A stretch of DNA of 63,598 bases, filler included, from Vannella sp. (Eukaryota): assembly GCA_023345925.1 (NCBI GenBank). It is 5 parts of 5 records of this genome, joined end to end, with 100 filler letters (N's around TTAATTAATTAA, not from the genome) between each part and the next. Parts side by side here need not be neighbours in the genome. Positions count along the whole stretch, not along the records: positions 39,439 to 60,729 come from JAJQQN010000894.1; 4 more parts are not named here. The stretch is one strand, 5' to 3'. The notes under the pieces were generated by a model. The model searched no databases and was not told the origin of the DNA. It saw only the letters and a list, made by a program, of their open reading frames with translations. A program made the position numbers and the translations under genes. How positions within the stretch are numbered: position 1 is the stretch's first letter; each line of letters opens with the position of its first letter. Shown here piece after piece: positions 49,501 through 58,760 of this stretch.

Positions 49501-52500
49501 GGCGAGGAACAAACAGAGAGGAGTAAACGTTAGCCACTCGCCTTTTCCCTTGGACAATGTAGGGAGAAGTCAACAAAGCACGCCACCACGACATTCCATC
49601 GCGAGCTAGCCATTGGAGCCACACGTCATGTAATGGAAGTTGATCAGAAGAGGTGGGATCATTCACAACGATTTCCATCATATTAGCGAACGTTCTGAGG
49701 TCCAACAAAGAAGATCGTTGACCAATCATATCTTCAAAGGACACGGCGCGGGCATGAGGATCTGTCTTTCCGAGTGTCACTACAACAGGAAGCAAAGAGA
49801 CATCCGTTTGCAGATGGCGAAGTTGAGCGTGCCACTCCTCCAGAATCCCATCCAAAATATCCTTTACTGGCTCATCGACTCTGCAAGAGTGATAACAGGC
49901 CATGGGCCCTTGAAGAATTACAACTCGTCCAACATCGCGATCTGGAACAGCTCCTAGATCCTCGGACATCCAAAGGGAATCCTTCTTGAACCAAGTTTCC
50001 AGTCCAGCATCGATGATAGGAATGAAAGGAACAGGCTTCAAGCCACGTTGGGCACATAACTGAATGAAGAAATCAACATCTTCTGAGCACATCAACTGTT
50101 TGGCAGCCAGTGGGAAGAGATCTCCAAAAAGCTGCTGCATCCAACATTGAGGGTCCGATAACAAGAGTTGGCGGGGAGGTAAGCGAGAATCACTGGAAAA
50201 AGCTCCAACGAAGCGCTCCTCAACGCGACGACCAAGTGTGTAAACACGACTACTAAAGTCAGGATGGACCCATCGACTTCCTTCAGTTGGATCGTCTTTG
50301 GGAACATGGGTCAATTGAACAAAGCGAGCCAGTACCTCTTTGTAGGTCATGTCTTGCACCTCACCAAAGTAAACCTTTTGATAGTCTCGATTGAGTCTTT
50401 CAATGATTTCTTTTCTGCGTCCAGCAATGACAAGAGCTCGCTTATCAGCTTGTTTGATACTGAAGATCTCTTTGTCAAGATCACGCCACAATTGCAATCC
50501 TCGGGTATGGATTTTGTGAATTGCTTCGCCTAATTCACTTCGCACCGTGATCACTCCTCCTGCATCAGAATCATAAGAACGCTCCCACTGGCTGTCAGTC
50601 TGGATACCAGGCGTTTTCACAATCAATGCCTTTGCTTCTGGAGCAGTGGCAGCTTCTTGGGCAACCATGACTCGAGAACCAATAAGAATAGCGTCAAAAG
50701 GCATATCTGGTCTACCATACGCGCGCGCCCAGGTACCACTGAGATAAGGCCAGCTCCCAAGCCCATCACCAAATCCGCTTCCGCCAACTAAGATGATGTT
50801 GGGACGAGAACGAATCAAGGCATACGTAGCCAACATAGGCTCGTGGAAATCCTCGAAAGAGTGGTGACCTCCTCCTCGGCCCCCAGTCCATTGAAGCACA
50901 AAGTCAACTTGCGGATGATTGAGGGCAATGGCGCACACAGCACGAATGGCAGCAGTTGATCCAGGTTTGAATGCAACGTACCGAATTCCAGCATCGACGA
51001 TGGCTTGTACAATTTCATCAGCGGTATCAGGAGAAGGAACTCCAGCTGCCACCGTGATACCATCGATCGGGACACCATCACGTCTCAATTGGAGAGCCAA
51101 TGGAAATTGGAAAGCCCACTGCCTTGGGTTGAGGAACAGTAAGTTAAGTGAGATTCCAACGCCTGGTTGAATTAGCTCTGAGAGTTCCATAATCCGACTC
51201 GAGAACATTTGTGGAGTGGACAGACCACCACCTGCAAGCTCGCAGAGGTACCCAGCGTTTAAGGATGCAGCGACAATTTCAGCCCAGATTGTTGTTGGAG
51301 TCATTCCTGCAATCATGATGGGTGGTTTTCCAATAACTCTGGAGAATTTGGTCTCCAGTAGAATGGCGCCATCATCTGCGCGGCGTACCAAACGGGGAGC
51401 AAACTCCTTGCCCCAATGCGCAGCTCGTGGAATGGCATCGGCGTTTGTTTCGAGCAGGGCGGATTTTGGAGCTAAAGGAAGCAACTTTGGAAGCTTCTCT
51501 TCTTCAAGAACTCCAGCCAGGATTACTTGGACTCCAGCTCCTTCAAGGAGTCGCGCTGAAACTACGCCAATTCCACTCACTCCTCCAGGACCAAAGTCGA
51601 CAAGGTGGGTAACTCCATTGGCAACACTTGCATTTTGCAAGGCAGATGGCCAATCAACCATTTTGACGCATTGGGATCGGACCAGAAGTTCTAGAAAGCC
51701 TCCTTCAGAGTCCTTCTTGTCGGTCTCACTTACTGTGGCATCTTCTGAACTTTTTGGCACTATTCGAAGATCCACTCCGTCCACAGTGCTATAGAATGGA
51801 AGGTATAACGCTCTTTGAGACCAGTATTCAGCATGCTTTTCTTCTTTGATCGCGTCTACGATACGGGAGACTGCAGGTTCAAGCTTGGTATGGTGGAATG
51901 GTACCGAAACTTCTAAGTATCTGTGAGAGAACTCGCGTTTGCGCTTTGAGAAAGGGACCCGAGACTGATCAAGTTTGGCTGAAAGTGGGCTCTCTGCTCG
52001 ATGAAGAAGATTCAAAAAGGCATGCAAACTCTCTGGATGTCCAGTAACAACGACTGCGCGGGGTCCATTAACGAGTGAAAGCTCCAAAAGCCGATCGCTT
52101 GAGTCGTGTTGGAGCGCATGATTGGCGGAGGCTATGTACTGTTCCACCACAGGCTTTGTGAGGTGAAACAGAGCAAGCATGGGAGTTGGCTCGCCCCATC
52201 CCTTTTCATTGCTTTCTTGCGATATCTCGGGAGAAGCGTGAGCAGGAACTGGTGAACTTTCAGCCATGCGTGTCCCCAGATGGAAAAGCAGGCGAAGGGC
52301 CTCTAGAACTCCTTCTTCCTCCACCTCTTGGAGCGATCTACTTCTGGCCACAACAAAGGCAGCCACTAGACCACTACTGTGACCAGTGACTCCTCGGAAG
52401 AACTGTTGATACGCGCTTTCGGATTGGCAGTTGACGCCCCAAAGGCGAGCCACCACCACATAGTTCACAAGCTGTGTGAGGCCAATACAGGGATAAGCAA

Positions 52501-53254
52501 CAGGAGAAGAAGACAGGAAGTCTTTCAGTGGCTCAAGGTCGTCATCAGCAAGCTGGATCAACTCGAGAAGATCCAATCCATGAGCTCCAAAGGACCCACG
52601 AGCATTCGCTGCCATGCGCCGAAGGAACTTGGCTGCACGGTTCACTAAGGGTTTCACAAAGGGATAAGACTCGTAAAGAGATCGTAGCTCTGGGAGCCAC
52701 TCGGTACCTTGGCCACCGAAGACCAGGAATAGGCCATTAGGAGATGTCAGCAGAGCGGGTGCTGCAGCACCCGAGTGGAACTCCAACTCAGCACAGACTG
52801 TGAAGAAAGTGGAAACAATCATCTGCTGGGAGTAAAAGTGAGCGGTTGCAGCATGGACGTCGTTCCCATTGAAGGAGAGCCGCAACCGCAGCAAAGCCAG
52901 AGAGAGGATGTATCGAGTAGACTCAGGAGACAAGTGAAGAGAACTCGAAGCGTCAACATCTAAGCGAGTATGATCGTACATTACAATCAAGAAGGCGGCC
53001 CACGTTCGCGTTTCTTCTTGGGCGATGGTAGAGGGAGGGGTAATCTTGATCTCCTCCAAGATAGACTCAGCTCGAGACTCCCATACTTCGCGTACTGTGA
53101 GTAATAGCTCAGTGGGTAGCCAAAGTTGCAAGTCTTTGGTGATGCGAAGAGGAGTTCGGTTCCAGCTCTCCTTCGTTTGAGAAAGAAGCTCGCGTTCTCT
53201 CGTTCGCTGCTTCTCGTACAGATCGAAGAGTTTCTCCTCCGTAGTGGCAGGCAT
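40592..53254 (-). CDS. Single-chain fungal-type fatty acid synthase (beta+alpha fusion): AT-ER-DH-MPT-ACP-ACP-KR-KS-PPT
   Basis: AT FGGQG...GHSSG; ER AGMTPTT and GGRGGGHHSFED; DH SGDLNPIH...ITHGMW; MPT FTGQGS...GHSLGEY...GIDVPFHS; two GGKSALQNE ACPs; KR TGCGQGSIG...YGESKL; KS PVGACATA, FHGTST, TGHPKG; PPT GVGID...FAGRWAAKEAV. First ATG 53254, about 4220 aa, no introns. Confidence 0.97.
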   Translation of the reverse strand: MPATTEEKLFDLYEKQRTRERELLSQTKESWNRTPLRITKDLQLWLPTELLLTVREVWESRAESILEEIKITPPSTIAQEETRTWAAFLIVMYDHTRLDVDASSSLHLSPESTRYILSLALLRLRLSFNGNDVHAATAHFYSQQMIVSTFFTVCAELEFHSGAAAPALLTSPNGLFLVFGGQGTEWLPELRSLYESYPFVKPLVNRAAKFLRRMAANARGSFGAHGLDLLELIQLADDDLEPLKDFLSSSPVAYPCIGLTQLVNYVVVARLWGVNCQSESAYQQFFRGVTGHSSGLVAAFVVARSRSLQEVEEEGVLEALRLLFHLGTRMAESSPVPAHASPEISQESNEKGWGEPTPMLALFHLTKPVVEQYIASANHALQHDSSDRLLELSLVNGPRAVVVTGHPESLHAFLNLLHRAESPLSAKLDQSRVPFSKRKREFSHRYLEVSVPFHHTKLEPAVSRIVDAIKEEKHAEYWSQRALYLPFYSTVDGVDLRIVPKSSEDATVSETDKKDSEGGFLELLVRSQCVKMVDWPSALQNASVANGVTHLVDFGPGGVSGIGVVSARLLEGAGVQVILAGVLEEEKLPKLLPLAPKSALLETNADAIPRAAHWGKEFAPRLVRRADDGAILLETKFSRVIGKPPIMIAGMTPTTIWAEIVAASLNAGYLCELAGGGLSTPQMFSSRIMELSELIQPGVGISLNLLFLNPRQWAFQFPLALQLRRDGVPIDGITVAAGVPSPDTADEIVQAIVDAGIRYVAFKPGSTAAIRAVCAIALNHPQVDFVLQWTGGRGGGHHSFEDFHEPMLATYALIRSRPNIILVGGSGFGDGLGSWPYLSGTWARAYGRPDMPFDAILIGSRVMVAQEAATAPEAKALIVKTPGIQTDSQWERSYDSDAGGVITVRSELGEAIHKIHTRGLQLWRDLDKEIFSIKQADKRALVIAGRRKEIIERLNRDYQKVYFGEVQDMTYKEVLARFVQLTHVPKDDPTEGSRWVHPDFSSRVYTLGRRVEERFVGAFSSDSRLPPRQLLLSDPQCWMQQLFGDLFPLAAKQLMCSEDVDFFIQLCAQRGLKPVPFIPIIDAGLETWFKKDSLWMSEDLGAVPDRDVGRVVILQGPMACYHSCRVDEPVKDILDGILEEWHAQLRHLQTDVSLLPVVVTLGKTDPHARAVSFEDMIGQRSSLLDLRTFANMMEIVVNDPTSSDQLPLHDVWLQWLARDGMSWWRALLTSPYIVQGKRRVANVYSSLFVPRPHMRLVMLLNQKIGSVTSVNIFHEEEGVFGRGLNSSQNSLPSPGALRTQTEQGVPLVTVSHTATAQLNIIHFVVKHLVKKGGSNIEVPLALELRYIPSQADAVISEAMTNDNDRASRVKQFYAQLWFEKGLEGFDTKRDPSSSEFRTTYMVSRRSIEDFYLAVGRPLLAPTATGHLRASIDFAICVAWEAVIAPLFLDSISGDILQLVHLRNTFRRLDNGEDFYFEESVQVDSLSRVVAIETLEAGQAVTVRVQVAKAIEVESQFLFRTPKPLSAGRFRRVNDDRIIEVDNGSRLGLLKAKSWITWSDEPVVGDKLRVRVEGVEIDQTDNQMPKELGLQRNQSQGKRSVMEVSMSGSVLRGTTAIGQIQLSSKGLTGNPILQFLQRVGSPLKNTVFFPTGGYRMLKATDLSQSPRENETYAVASGDLNPIHTNPYLAQLAELPSTITHGMWTSANAFRVVETVAARQHPGRVIEYSASFTGMVMPSDRLETEVRHVGASAGELLLEVSSRKVDSGEIVLKGAARVKAPVTAYVFTGQGSAERGMGMDLYATSKVASDIWDRADNFFLRQYGVSILNIVRENPKNLIVHFGGVNGAEIQDNFRRLTTLVAQPNGAPSIERPLFPDLGEKSASYEFKHPEGLLFATQFSQPALVLMEMAAFRDMQAKELIPKDCIFTGHSLGEYAALASVADVLSVESLVEIVFLRGMTMQNAVERDSQGRSSYAMMAVNPSRISRSHFRQPQLDLVIAAVSSALPGALLQVVNYNVENYQYVVAGHRSALFVLDGVCTRLAKAPNVREAMASLDRLVSASHSRLEDVADADGFVPLSRGTACIPLPGIDVPFHSRFLMDGVPAFRDVLSRRLVPELIQPHLLAGRYIPNVTAVPFSCDRAYVQLTQKETNSALLAKIDEEYDITPLSQVAFALVLELLAYQFASPVRWIETQHLFFTDLAVERLIEVGPAPTLYTMALRTLELGQYSPTIQREILWYGRDKSSIYFEETSEEISSVSSTPNTTSAGSVQVTPQVVQVIVPVVQQSVTSSTANGPDSPPSALEALQLLASLKVKKPISSIPETTSIRDLVGGKSALQNEIVGDIGKEFGKESEQAAEVDLKTLSENVGGTYRGLGPVTSAMLNKLISGKFPAGYALSQVKAYLQTNHGLGEGRTTGVLMHAISMEPGVRISTESEANTFLDSVVLAYGARLGISLTTPSTSSSSSMVVYSGSGGGGSATAVPDEPPSSLAALRVLISRKVKKPLNSIGEKATIRELVGGKSALQNELVGDIAKEFGKEPEQAAETDLQSLAGEFSGSYSSLGSITSSLIDKMLSTKFPPGFALSQAKVYLKSTHGLADGRAQSVLLHSLSMEPSARFASETEAHAFLDSTALSYATSSGIKLGGPSAGGASLSPASIGSIDPRALAKIREDQDQLVKRQLEAYRAYLKEDGGKERRLFEAEQALRQQSEVILQSWIAEHGEEYGAGTLPVFDPRKERRFESSWNWVRQDSLRLYFDYALGRVQSWTPFIRERLYHLKNRATPEVVQMARFFAQKAATDGFGEIVSFINILTETLELSLQEVTRYREITPPTQAVVTVTGQGRIEYSEEKRPGLSNWTEYVEQMRQGVELNRLCPSADDASMVEASPLDETLLSSLRTELESQNILSAEQINDIVESARARWISSQAEYRRSIPAPRIPYLFLRSSDQSDPAHRSLHPELTEEYLDTLKSIAADGVSFEGKVVLITGCGQGSIGVELLKGLLRGGALVYVTTSRFQQGSTSKFFHSIFDEHGARGSQLVVYPCNQGSVQDIQSLVDYLYQSERVDLDYVIPFAAIGEEGMDIGEIGGRSELAHRIMLTNVERLIGAVKNSKERLAIVTRPAHVLLPLSPNHGTFGFDGLYGESKLGLEALLNKWRSEGWERFLSLSGAIIGWTRGTGLMNQNNIVVPAIEKLGARTFSTQEMCFNLIGLLHPRMVARAQRAPVLADLNGGLHLVKDLNSILADARVSLREQASFNTALAAEKASESLLSADHNSQVTSATVVPRANVQVPFPEVPSAERLLKLGSKSGVLVDLNSVVVIAGFGEVGPFGNSRTRWEMEAYGEFSIEGCIELAWMCGLIRYDSKDAGGTGWPGWVDVQSGSRVADHEMKERYETDLLEHCGLRVVEPELFDGYDPNQKTFLRQIAISQDMPPVEVSEEEANQFKRKHGDSVDVFVRDGVTFIQLRKGAVLYAPKALKFDRYVAGQVPSSWSPAVFGIPDDIINQVDRVTLFTLVSVAETMICAGVTDPYEFYEYVHLAELGNTIGGGMGGMQSIRDCFRHRFLDQPIKGDSLQEQFINTVAAWVNMLLLSSAGPIKTPVGACATAVESVEIAVDTILSGKARVCVTGGYDDFGEEGSYEFAQMQATISAETDSLAGRGPREMSRPSTSTRGGFVESHGSGTQLLMTAQLALDMGIPIYAIVQHVATATDKEGRSVPAPGQGILTTAREAVRASNVSPLMMDVEWRKRQLKSELELIERWQTEETEYLQEYANKSASSKGDAELILKEMQEDLISEATRRRRTARRHWGNSFYIGSPHIAPLRGALAVWGLSIDDIAVASFHGTSTKGNDKNESEVLQKQLEHLGRAKGNVVLTIFQKHLTGHPKGAAAAWMLNGLVQSMLSGHVPGNRNADNIDSTLRDYDHLLYLNQSIPTYGFTAGLLKSFGFGQVGGEILIVHPDFVLAQLPQELLLSYLAKREMRQNRAFRRLQDALTGKSAYVPIKHTPPFHESDESSIYLDPLARAAFDPSQNSWRFRARSRGAKKDVVQSVSSTSAPSTPSVPSTRTQPKNNNAPSALVHLEVTLREMSAGIRGPAERGVGIDAQLISEIDVSLTNAKFLSRNFTETEVEYCHSAADPSASFAGRWAAKEAVIKALSSCDSSPKRNLWKGSGASLREIEVISSASGAPQVVLHGHANEVSVALGVSNVKVTISHSGEFAIAQAVAF

Positions 53255-53484
53255 ACCTGCCGCCTGAGGAAAAGTGGTACAACAAGCTAGAGATCGATCG
53301 TTGTATCGTCTGTGAACCCACAGCCGATGACGTTTGATAATCACATTATTATTATGCTTTCCTCTGTTCGTGAGAATCGTCGGTTGAAGGGGAAAAGTCT
53401 TGGTTTTGGTTGTCGTGTTGATGATCAGAACTCTTCTTTGTTGGTTGGTTGAACAGGGAGGAGACTGCAACGAATAGAGCACCA

Positions 53485-56400
53485 ATGAAGAGGCCATTCA
53501 CGATGCCATACGTCAGTCCTGAGCCAAATGAAGCTGAGGTGTGCGAAGGCGATCTTTTCTTTCTGGAGGTTTCGGAATACGCACGGACGCTCTGCCAATG
53601 CTCGCCTCTCGTGCCCCCTCTCAAAAGCCACATCAAAAATAAAGTTGTCCTCTGCAGCAACCCAACAATTAATATTCCCATTTTTGCCCTGAAATTGAGC
53701 CTCAAGAAGGGTCAGGTGGAAGTATTCTTCGTCGCCATGTTCTGCGGAGCCCCTCTGTACGACTACTCGCACTTTGACCCTCCAACACGCCTGGGTTCAC
53801 CCTTACAGAACCCCTTGGTCCCCCCACGAACGGATTTGGGTGAGGTGAAGGAGCGACTGGCTTGCTTGGAGAAGAAGAATTCGAGGGTGTCCTTGCAGCA
53901 CCTGCTTGGTCCTCGCCTAAGCGAAAGGAGGACACGCAAGCTGACTCCTGACGATTCATCTCCATCCTCTCGAAAGAATCCAGCAGAAAGGAGTGGAACG
54001 AGAATCGGGACAGTGAAGTCGAGTCTTCTTTCCTTCCGACCCAACCGTGGCAGCCTTGCAGGTCTGAAAGGCGCTCCCAAATCACTCTCAGATGCATCTG
54101 AAAACCCAGCCTCTCCTATAGAAGACCTACAGATTGCGAAACAGGTTCAACTGGAGATAACTGCGCGCCTCTTGGAGACCCAAGAGAGGGTTTCTGTACT
54201 ACAAGCCAAGCTGGAAGATTGTGGCACTCGTGAGGATTCAAAGAAGCAAAAGATAAGCGAGAGTCTCTTGGAGCAAGTCACAATCCTTTCTGCATTGCGA
54301 ATGCACTCCAAGATTATGCAAGATCGCCATGAGAAGGGCTACTTGGAGGTGCGGATTGCCAATACCAATTCATTGGATGTCTCTGAGAGCGTTGCTCCTT
54401 TCGCAAAGTTCTACTTTTACCTGAACTTTCCACACCTTTGTTGCTACGAGAGTGAAGAGGTAAGGATTTGCCATTCGTTCTTCCTCACTGATTCACTTTT
54501 TTCTTAGGCTGAATTACCAGTTGATATCATAACGATGTCTTCCGTGATGCAAGTGGTACCTTCGCCCAGCGACAAAAGAGCCTTTGTGATTGTGCTCGAC
54601 AACCTATCTGGTATGATCACTGTTTTCCGGGTAGAATACATGGAGCTGACCTTGCAATCTAGCTGTACATCAGTTTCGAGCCTCAGATCCACAAGTGGCC
54701 TCATCTTGGACGGCTGCCATTTGCAGAGCAGCTGGAGTGCCATTAGGGAGTCAAGAAAAGCTCATTTCATCTCAGGCAGAGAAAGAATCTCGCTCTGTTA
54801 TCAGCCGAGTTAAGTCAGTACTCAAAACAAGTACGGCTTTGGGTGCCATTCGGGATGTAAGCCCTTCAGATCTCCAAGAATTTCAGACTTGGACAAGTGT
54901 TTCTGAGGTACTGCGGGTGACCAAATGTGAAAATGATCAAGGAGACTCTAGCATTCAACTGGAAGAGGCTAACTATTCAGATGCGCTTTTCTGGCTCCTC
55001 TACTTCTTCCCCTTCGAGAGGGTTCAAAAAAGTCCTTCCAAGATTTTCCCAGAGCTTTCAGGATTCTTAATGTACGCTTCAGGACGCGGGGATTCTGTTC
55101 AAATTGTGAATGCGCTCGAGGAATGCTGGAACCATTTCGAAAAGATGGGATTTCCGCCCAAATTGGGTGCTTCTGGCATGGTGCAACGGTAAGGAGGTTC
55201 TCACTGAAGTGCAAAGTACTTTCCGCTAACATAACGGAAAGTCTCTTCTTCCTTGTGAAGCAATGGATGGAGATGCCTGTTGCCATTGAGAGACACACAG
55301 AAATGGAGGCTCGGAAAATGCTCAGAAGTTTTGCTGTAAAAGTTCTTGATATTGAACAGCAAGCCATGCTTGACCAAATTCCGGACTTTTGCCGACCAAA
55401 GGAAATCCTTTATAGTAGCTCGGAGAATGCTCTTATTACCACTGAGTAGGTTGATTTTCTCATACTTGCTTTATGATTATCGCCTAAAACAGTGCACAGG
55501 CTAGTGCAGTGCGAGTGCGGGGAATTGGCCCGACAGTTGACCATTCAATCTTCCAGGCTCTTTTCCCAGATCTCCCGAGCAGATGTCTTGAACTATGCAT
55601 TGCAAAATGACGAATCCTCATCTGTTGCCTGTCTACAAAAGCAAACTGATCTACTAACACGGTGGACCATACACAGTGTCTTATCAGCAAAGGACACCAA
55701 AGAGCAGATTGCTTTGTATCGGAAGCTCGCTCGTGTATGTACGAAATTGATTGAGTTAGGCAATTATGAGAGTTGCTCTGGTGTGGTGGGAGGCTTAATG
55801 GATTTCTCCATTCAGTCCTTACCTGGTCTTCGAGAGGTACGATAACCAACTGGACGACAAAATCTTACAATTTCTCGTTTCTCCAGATCCTTTCTTCCAA
55901 ATCCATGCAAAAGGCCCGCAAGATTGCTTTTTTGTTCTCTCCTTTGAATGGATTCGCCAGATATCGTGAATCTTTCTCGAAGCAAGGGAACCTTCGCATT
56001 CCATACGTCGAATTCCACCTTTACCAGCTGCACCAATTACAAAACCACCAAAAGGAATCGTATTTTAAACGACCGCTGGAATTGTGGGCTTGCCTAGAAA
56101 GTTGCGACTTTGGCAAAACTACCCGCCATGACTACAGCCAATCCTTATCTGTTAACCCATCCGTTGAGGAGCTCATGGAGAAGGTGCGAGCAAAGAAGCC
56201 TCGAGTGCAAAGTCTAACTTTCCAGAACAGCTTTCTCCCCCGCCTTACGAAATTCTCAGTCAGATGTCTATTCGTTCACAAGAGCCATCTCGAATGGCTC
56301 ACGCTCTCTTGGAGATGGAAATTGCGGAGAGAGACGCGGAGATCTTCCAGTTACGAGCAGAGAAGGAGCACTTTGAGAAGGAAATCAAAAGTGTTCTGTC

Positions 56401-56521
56401 AGAACTTGGAATGGATCCATCTTCTTTAGAACCCCGCCATCCCTTATCCAGCATAACCCCGGACCAACTTCACCAACTATTGGCTTTGCTCGTCTTAGAA
56501 CGGAGAGACCACTCCAAATAA
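53485..56521 (+). CDS. Multi-exon protein with divergent RasGEF (CDC25) domain and coiled coils
   Basis: ELARQLTIQSSRLFSQI, LTRWTIHSVL, LIELGNYESCSGVVGGL, LFSPLNGFARYRE, RIPYV; introns near 54460, 55446, 55837 and 56184. Confidence 0.75.
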
Positions 56522-56642
56522 GAATTTATACGGTTGCACAAGATGGCATCCTTCTTTGCGCCTCCCCCTCCCAGCCCAAAGCATCACTTTCCACACAAAA
56601 TGCTTTCTGGAAAACTAACTTTCTCCATCTCTTCCATTTAAG

Positions 56643-56678
56643 AGGGAGGGAGGGAGGGAGGGAGGGAGGGAGGGAGGG
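56643..56678 (+). repeat. (AGGG)9 microsatellite with G-quadruplex potential
   Basis: Nine consecutive AGGG units in the intergenic region upstream of WDR37. Confidence 0.9.
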
Positions 56679-56849
56679 AGGAGTCATCCTTCTGAGTGAC
56701 TTTCTCACTTGTCGCTGCAAGGCAAGGAAAGCTACGACGACTGTATCCTTTCCATCTTCTAAGCTTCAAAGAATTCTGTTTTGGACAGCTTTTTAGCATT
56801 GACGCCCTCGTCAGGCTTTTCTGCTGTGGCGGAGCTGTCAGGGGCGGAG

Positions 56850-56858
56850 GGCGGGAAA
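56850..56858 (+). promoter_or_regulatory. E2F-like site upstream of WDR37
   Basis: GGCGGGAAA, 20 nt before ATG 56879. Confidence 0.5.
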
Positions 56859-56878
56859 GTTTGGGCTTGAAATGAGGA

Positions 56879-58756
56879 ATGGATGATGAAAAGTTCATTT
56901 CTTCTTCGCCTTCGCCTTGCAAGTTGCGGATGTCGCGGGCGCGCATTCAGTTTCACTGGAGGGAGATTGAGAGGGAGTTCGATCTCCTTTGGGAGGAGAA
57001 CAACGAGCGTACGTGTACGTCAATACAATTGAAGTCACTCACTGGGCACAGTGAGGCGGAGACTTGCTCAGTTCGAAGGAGGAAGCCTCCAACAAGTTCC
57101 TTCGGTGACCCCCACACTAGAGCGCACCTCTACTCTCACACCTGGTCCTAATAGAACGCTTGGAAAGCTTCTGTACCGCGCCGGAGCCACTCCAGAGCTA
57201 AGGCATAAGACCACAGGAAGCCAGGACCGCGAAACCCTTCGCAAGCTGCGTGGTACTCTGAACATCGATCCTCCTATTCGCAGTGGCACGGGAACCTTCC
57301 AGGTAAGGAAAAGAAACCCTCTCCAGTCCATCAGAATGCCTCAAACGAGCTCCACGTAGAAAAGCGACACGTGGGTCCGCACCAAAGAGCTTCAGGGCCA
57401 TCGTGATGGAGTCTGGGAAGTAAGCTCTTGTCCTTGGTCCCTCAAAAGACTCGGGTCCGCGTCAGCAGACAGAACAGCGCGCATCTGGTCGCTGACGGCG
57501 CATCCGGAAGTGCTCCCCAACATTGTCTATTTGGGCCATTCCGGATCCGTCAATTCCATTCGATTCCATCCCAAAGAGCGTTTAGTCTGCACCGCGTCAG
57601 GAGACCGCACTTGTCACCTCTGGAAAGTGCCTTCCTCGAAGAAGGAAGCCCATCCCAGTGACAGCGTCCCTCCGGACTTTCTGGCTCCTCGTGTCACTGT
57701 AACAGGCCCTGGTTCCAACTCCCTATGGCAGCCGTTACGATCAGGAAGTACAGGAGAGATTAAGGCTTTCGTCGGGGCTGGTCAGAATGAGGAGAACTTG
57801 GCCGATGCAGCTCTGAGCAATTTGGAGAACGACTTGGTCAATGGTGATGGCGATAAGCCACCTGATGTTCAAATCACCACTTGCCAAGTGGCTCTAACAG
57901 GTCACACTCGCCCAGTGATTGCTGCGGACTTTCTTGCAGAAGGGGCTCAAGTGGTTTCTGTCTCCCTGGACAATTCCGTTACTTTCTGGGACACCGAACA
58001 AGGGCATGCCATTCATTCGCTTTCCAATAGTAAGTGAGTTGGACTTGTCGTCATTTTGCATCTCAAATGCTTCTTTAGTTCATGAGGAAGGCCACAGCTT
58101 CACCAATATCAGCACAGACGGGAAGTTTATGGCTCTCACAGCATCCACTGATGGCGTGGTGAGAGTTTGGGATGAGAGAAACCCCCAAATGGCGATGGCT
58201 GCTGTCGTAGCACACGAATCCGCCACGAATTCCGCGTTGTATCTCTCCAAAACCGACCCTTTCACAATAGTCACTGTAGGCGATGACCGCGCTTGCAGAG
58301 TACGTCTCGCCCTTCTTGCCCAGAGAGAAAGAGAGAAACTCATTTCAACAGGCTTGGGATATGCGGAACTTTAAGCAGCCCGTTCACACGATCCGGTGCT
58401 CCTCTGCCATTAACAGATTCTCCATCTCCCCAGTAACCACCACAATCGCACTTCCAATGGACGATAGACGAACGAAACTTTGCGATTTGCCCGGCAACCG
58501 GCTCGGAAACTTGCGTTCTCACGACAAAGGGGTGAGTCAACCTCTTCGAAGCTTACTCTGAAGCTCTCTGCCTCGATTCTAACTCCTTTCTTCCATCTTC
58601 CAGGGACATTCGGCCTTGATTACCTCCACAGCGTGGTCCAATGACGAGTCTGTGGTCTACACATCCAGCTTCTCTCGAGCAGCCTCCATTGTTGCGTGGA
58701 CAAAAGACGTCCAGAGGGTCGAGAAGAAGAATCGGGGCGAATCCAATAAACTGTGA
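56879..58756 (+). CDS. WDR37: WD repeat-containing protein 37
   Basis: REIEREFDLLWEEN coiled coil, FQGHRDGVWEV, SASADRTARIW, YLGHSGSVNSIRFHP, TASGDRTCHLW, WDMRNFK...IALPMDDR; multi-exon. Start uncertain. Confidence 0.85.
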
Positions 58757-58760
58757 TTTT

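Noticed and set aside
53255..53497. 81-codon N-terminal extension of FAS overlapping the RasGEF ORF
   Set aside because: Begins at a non-ATG codon and looks like UTR or promoter sequence; first ATG is 53254.
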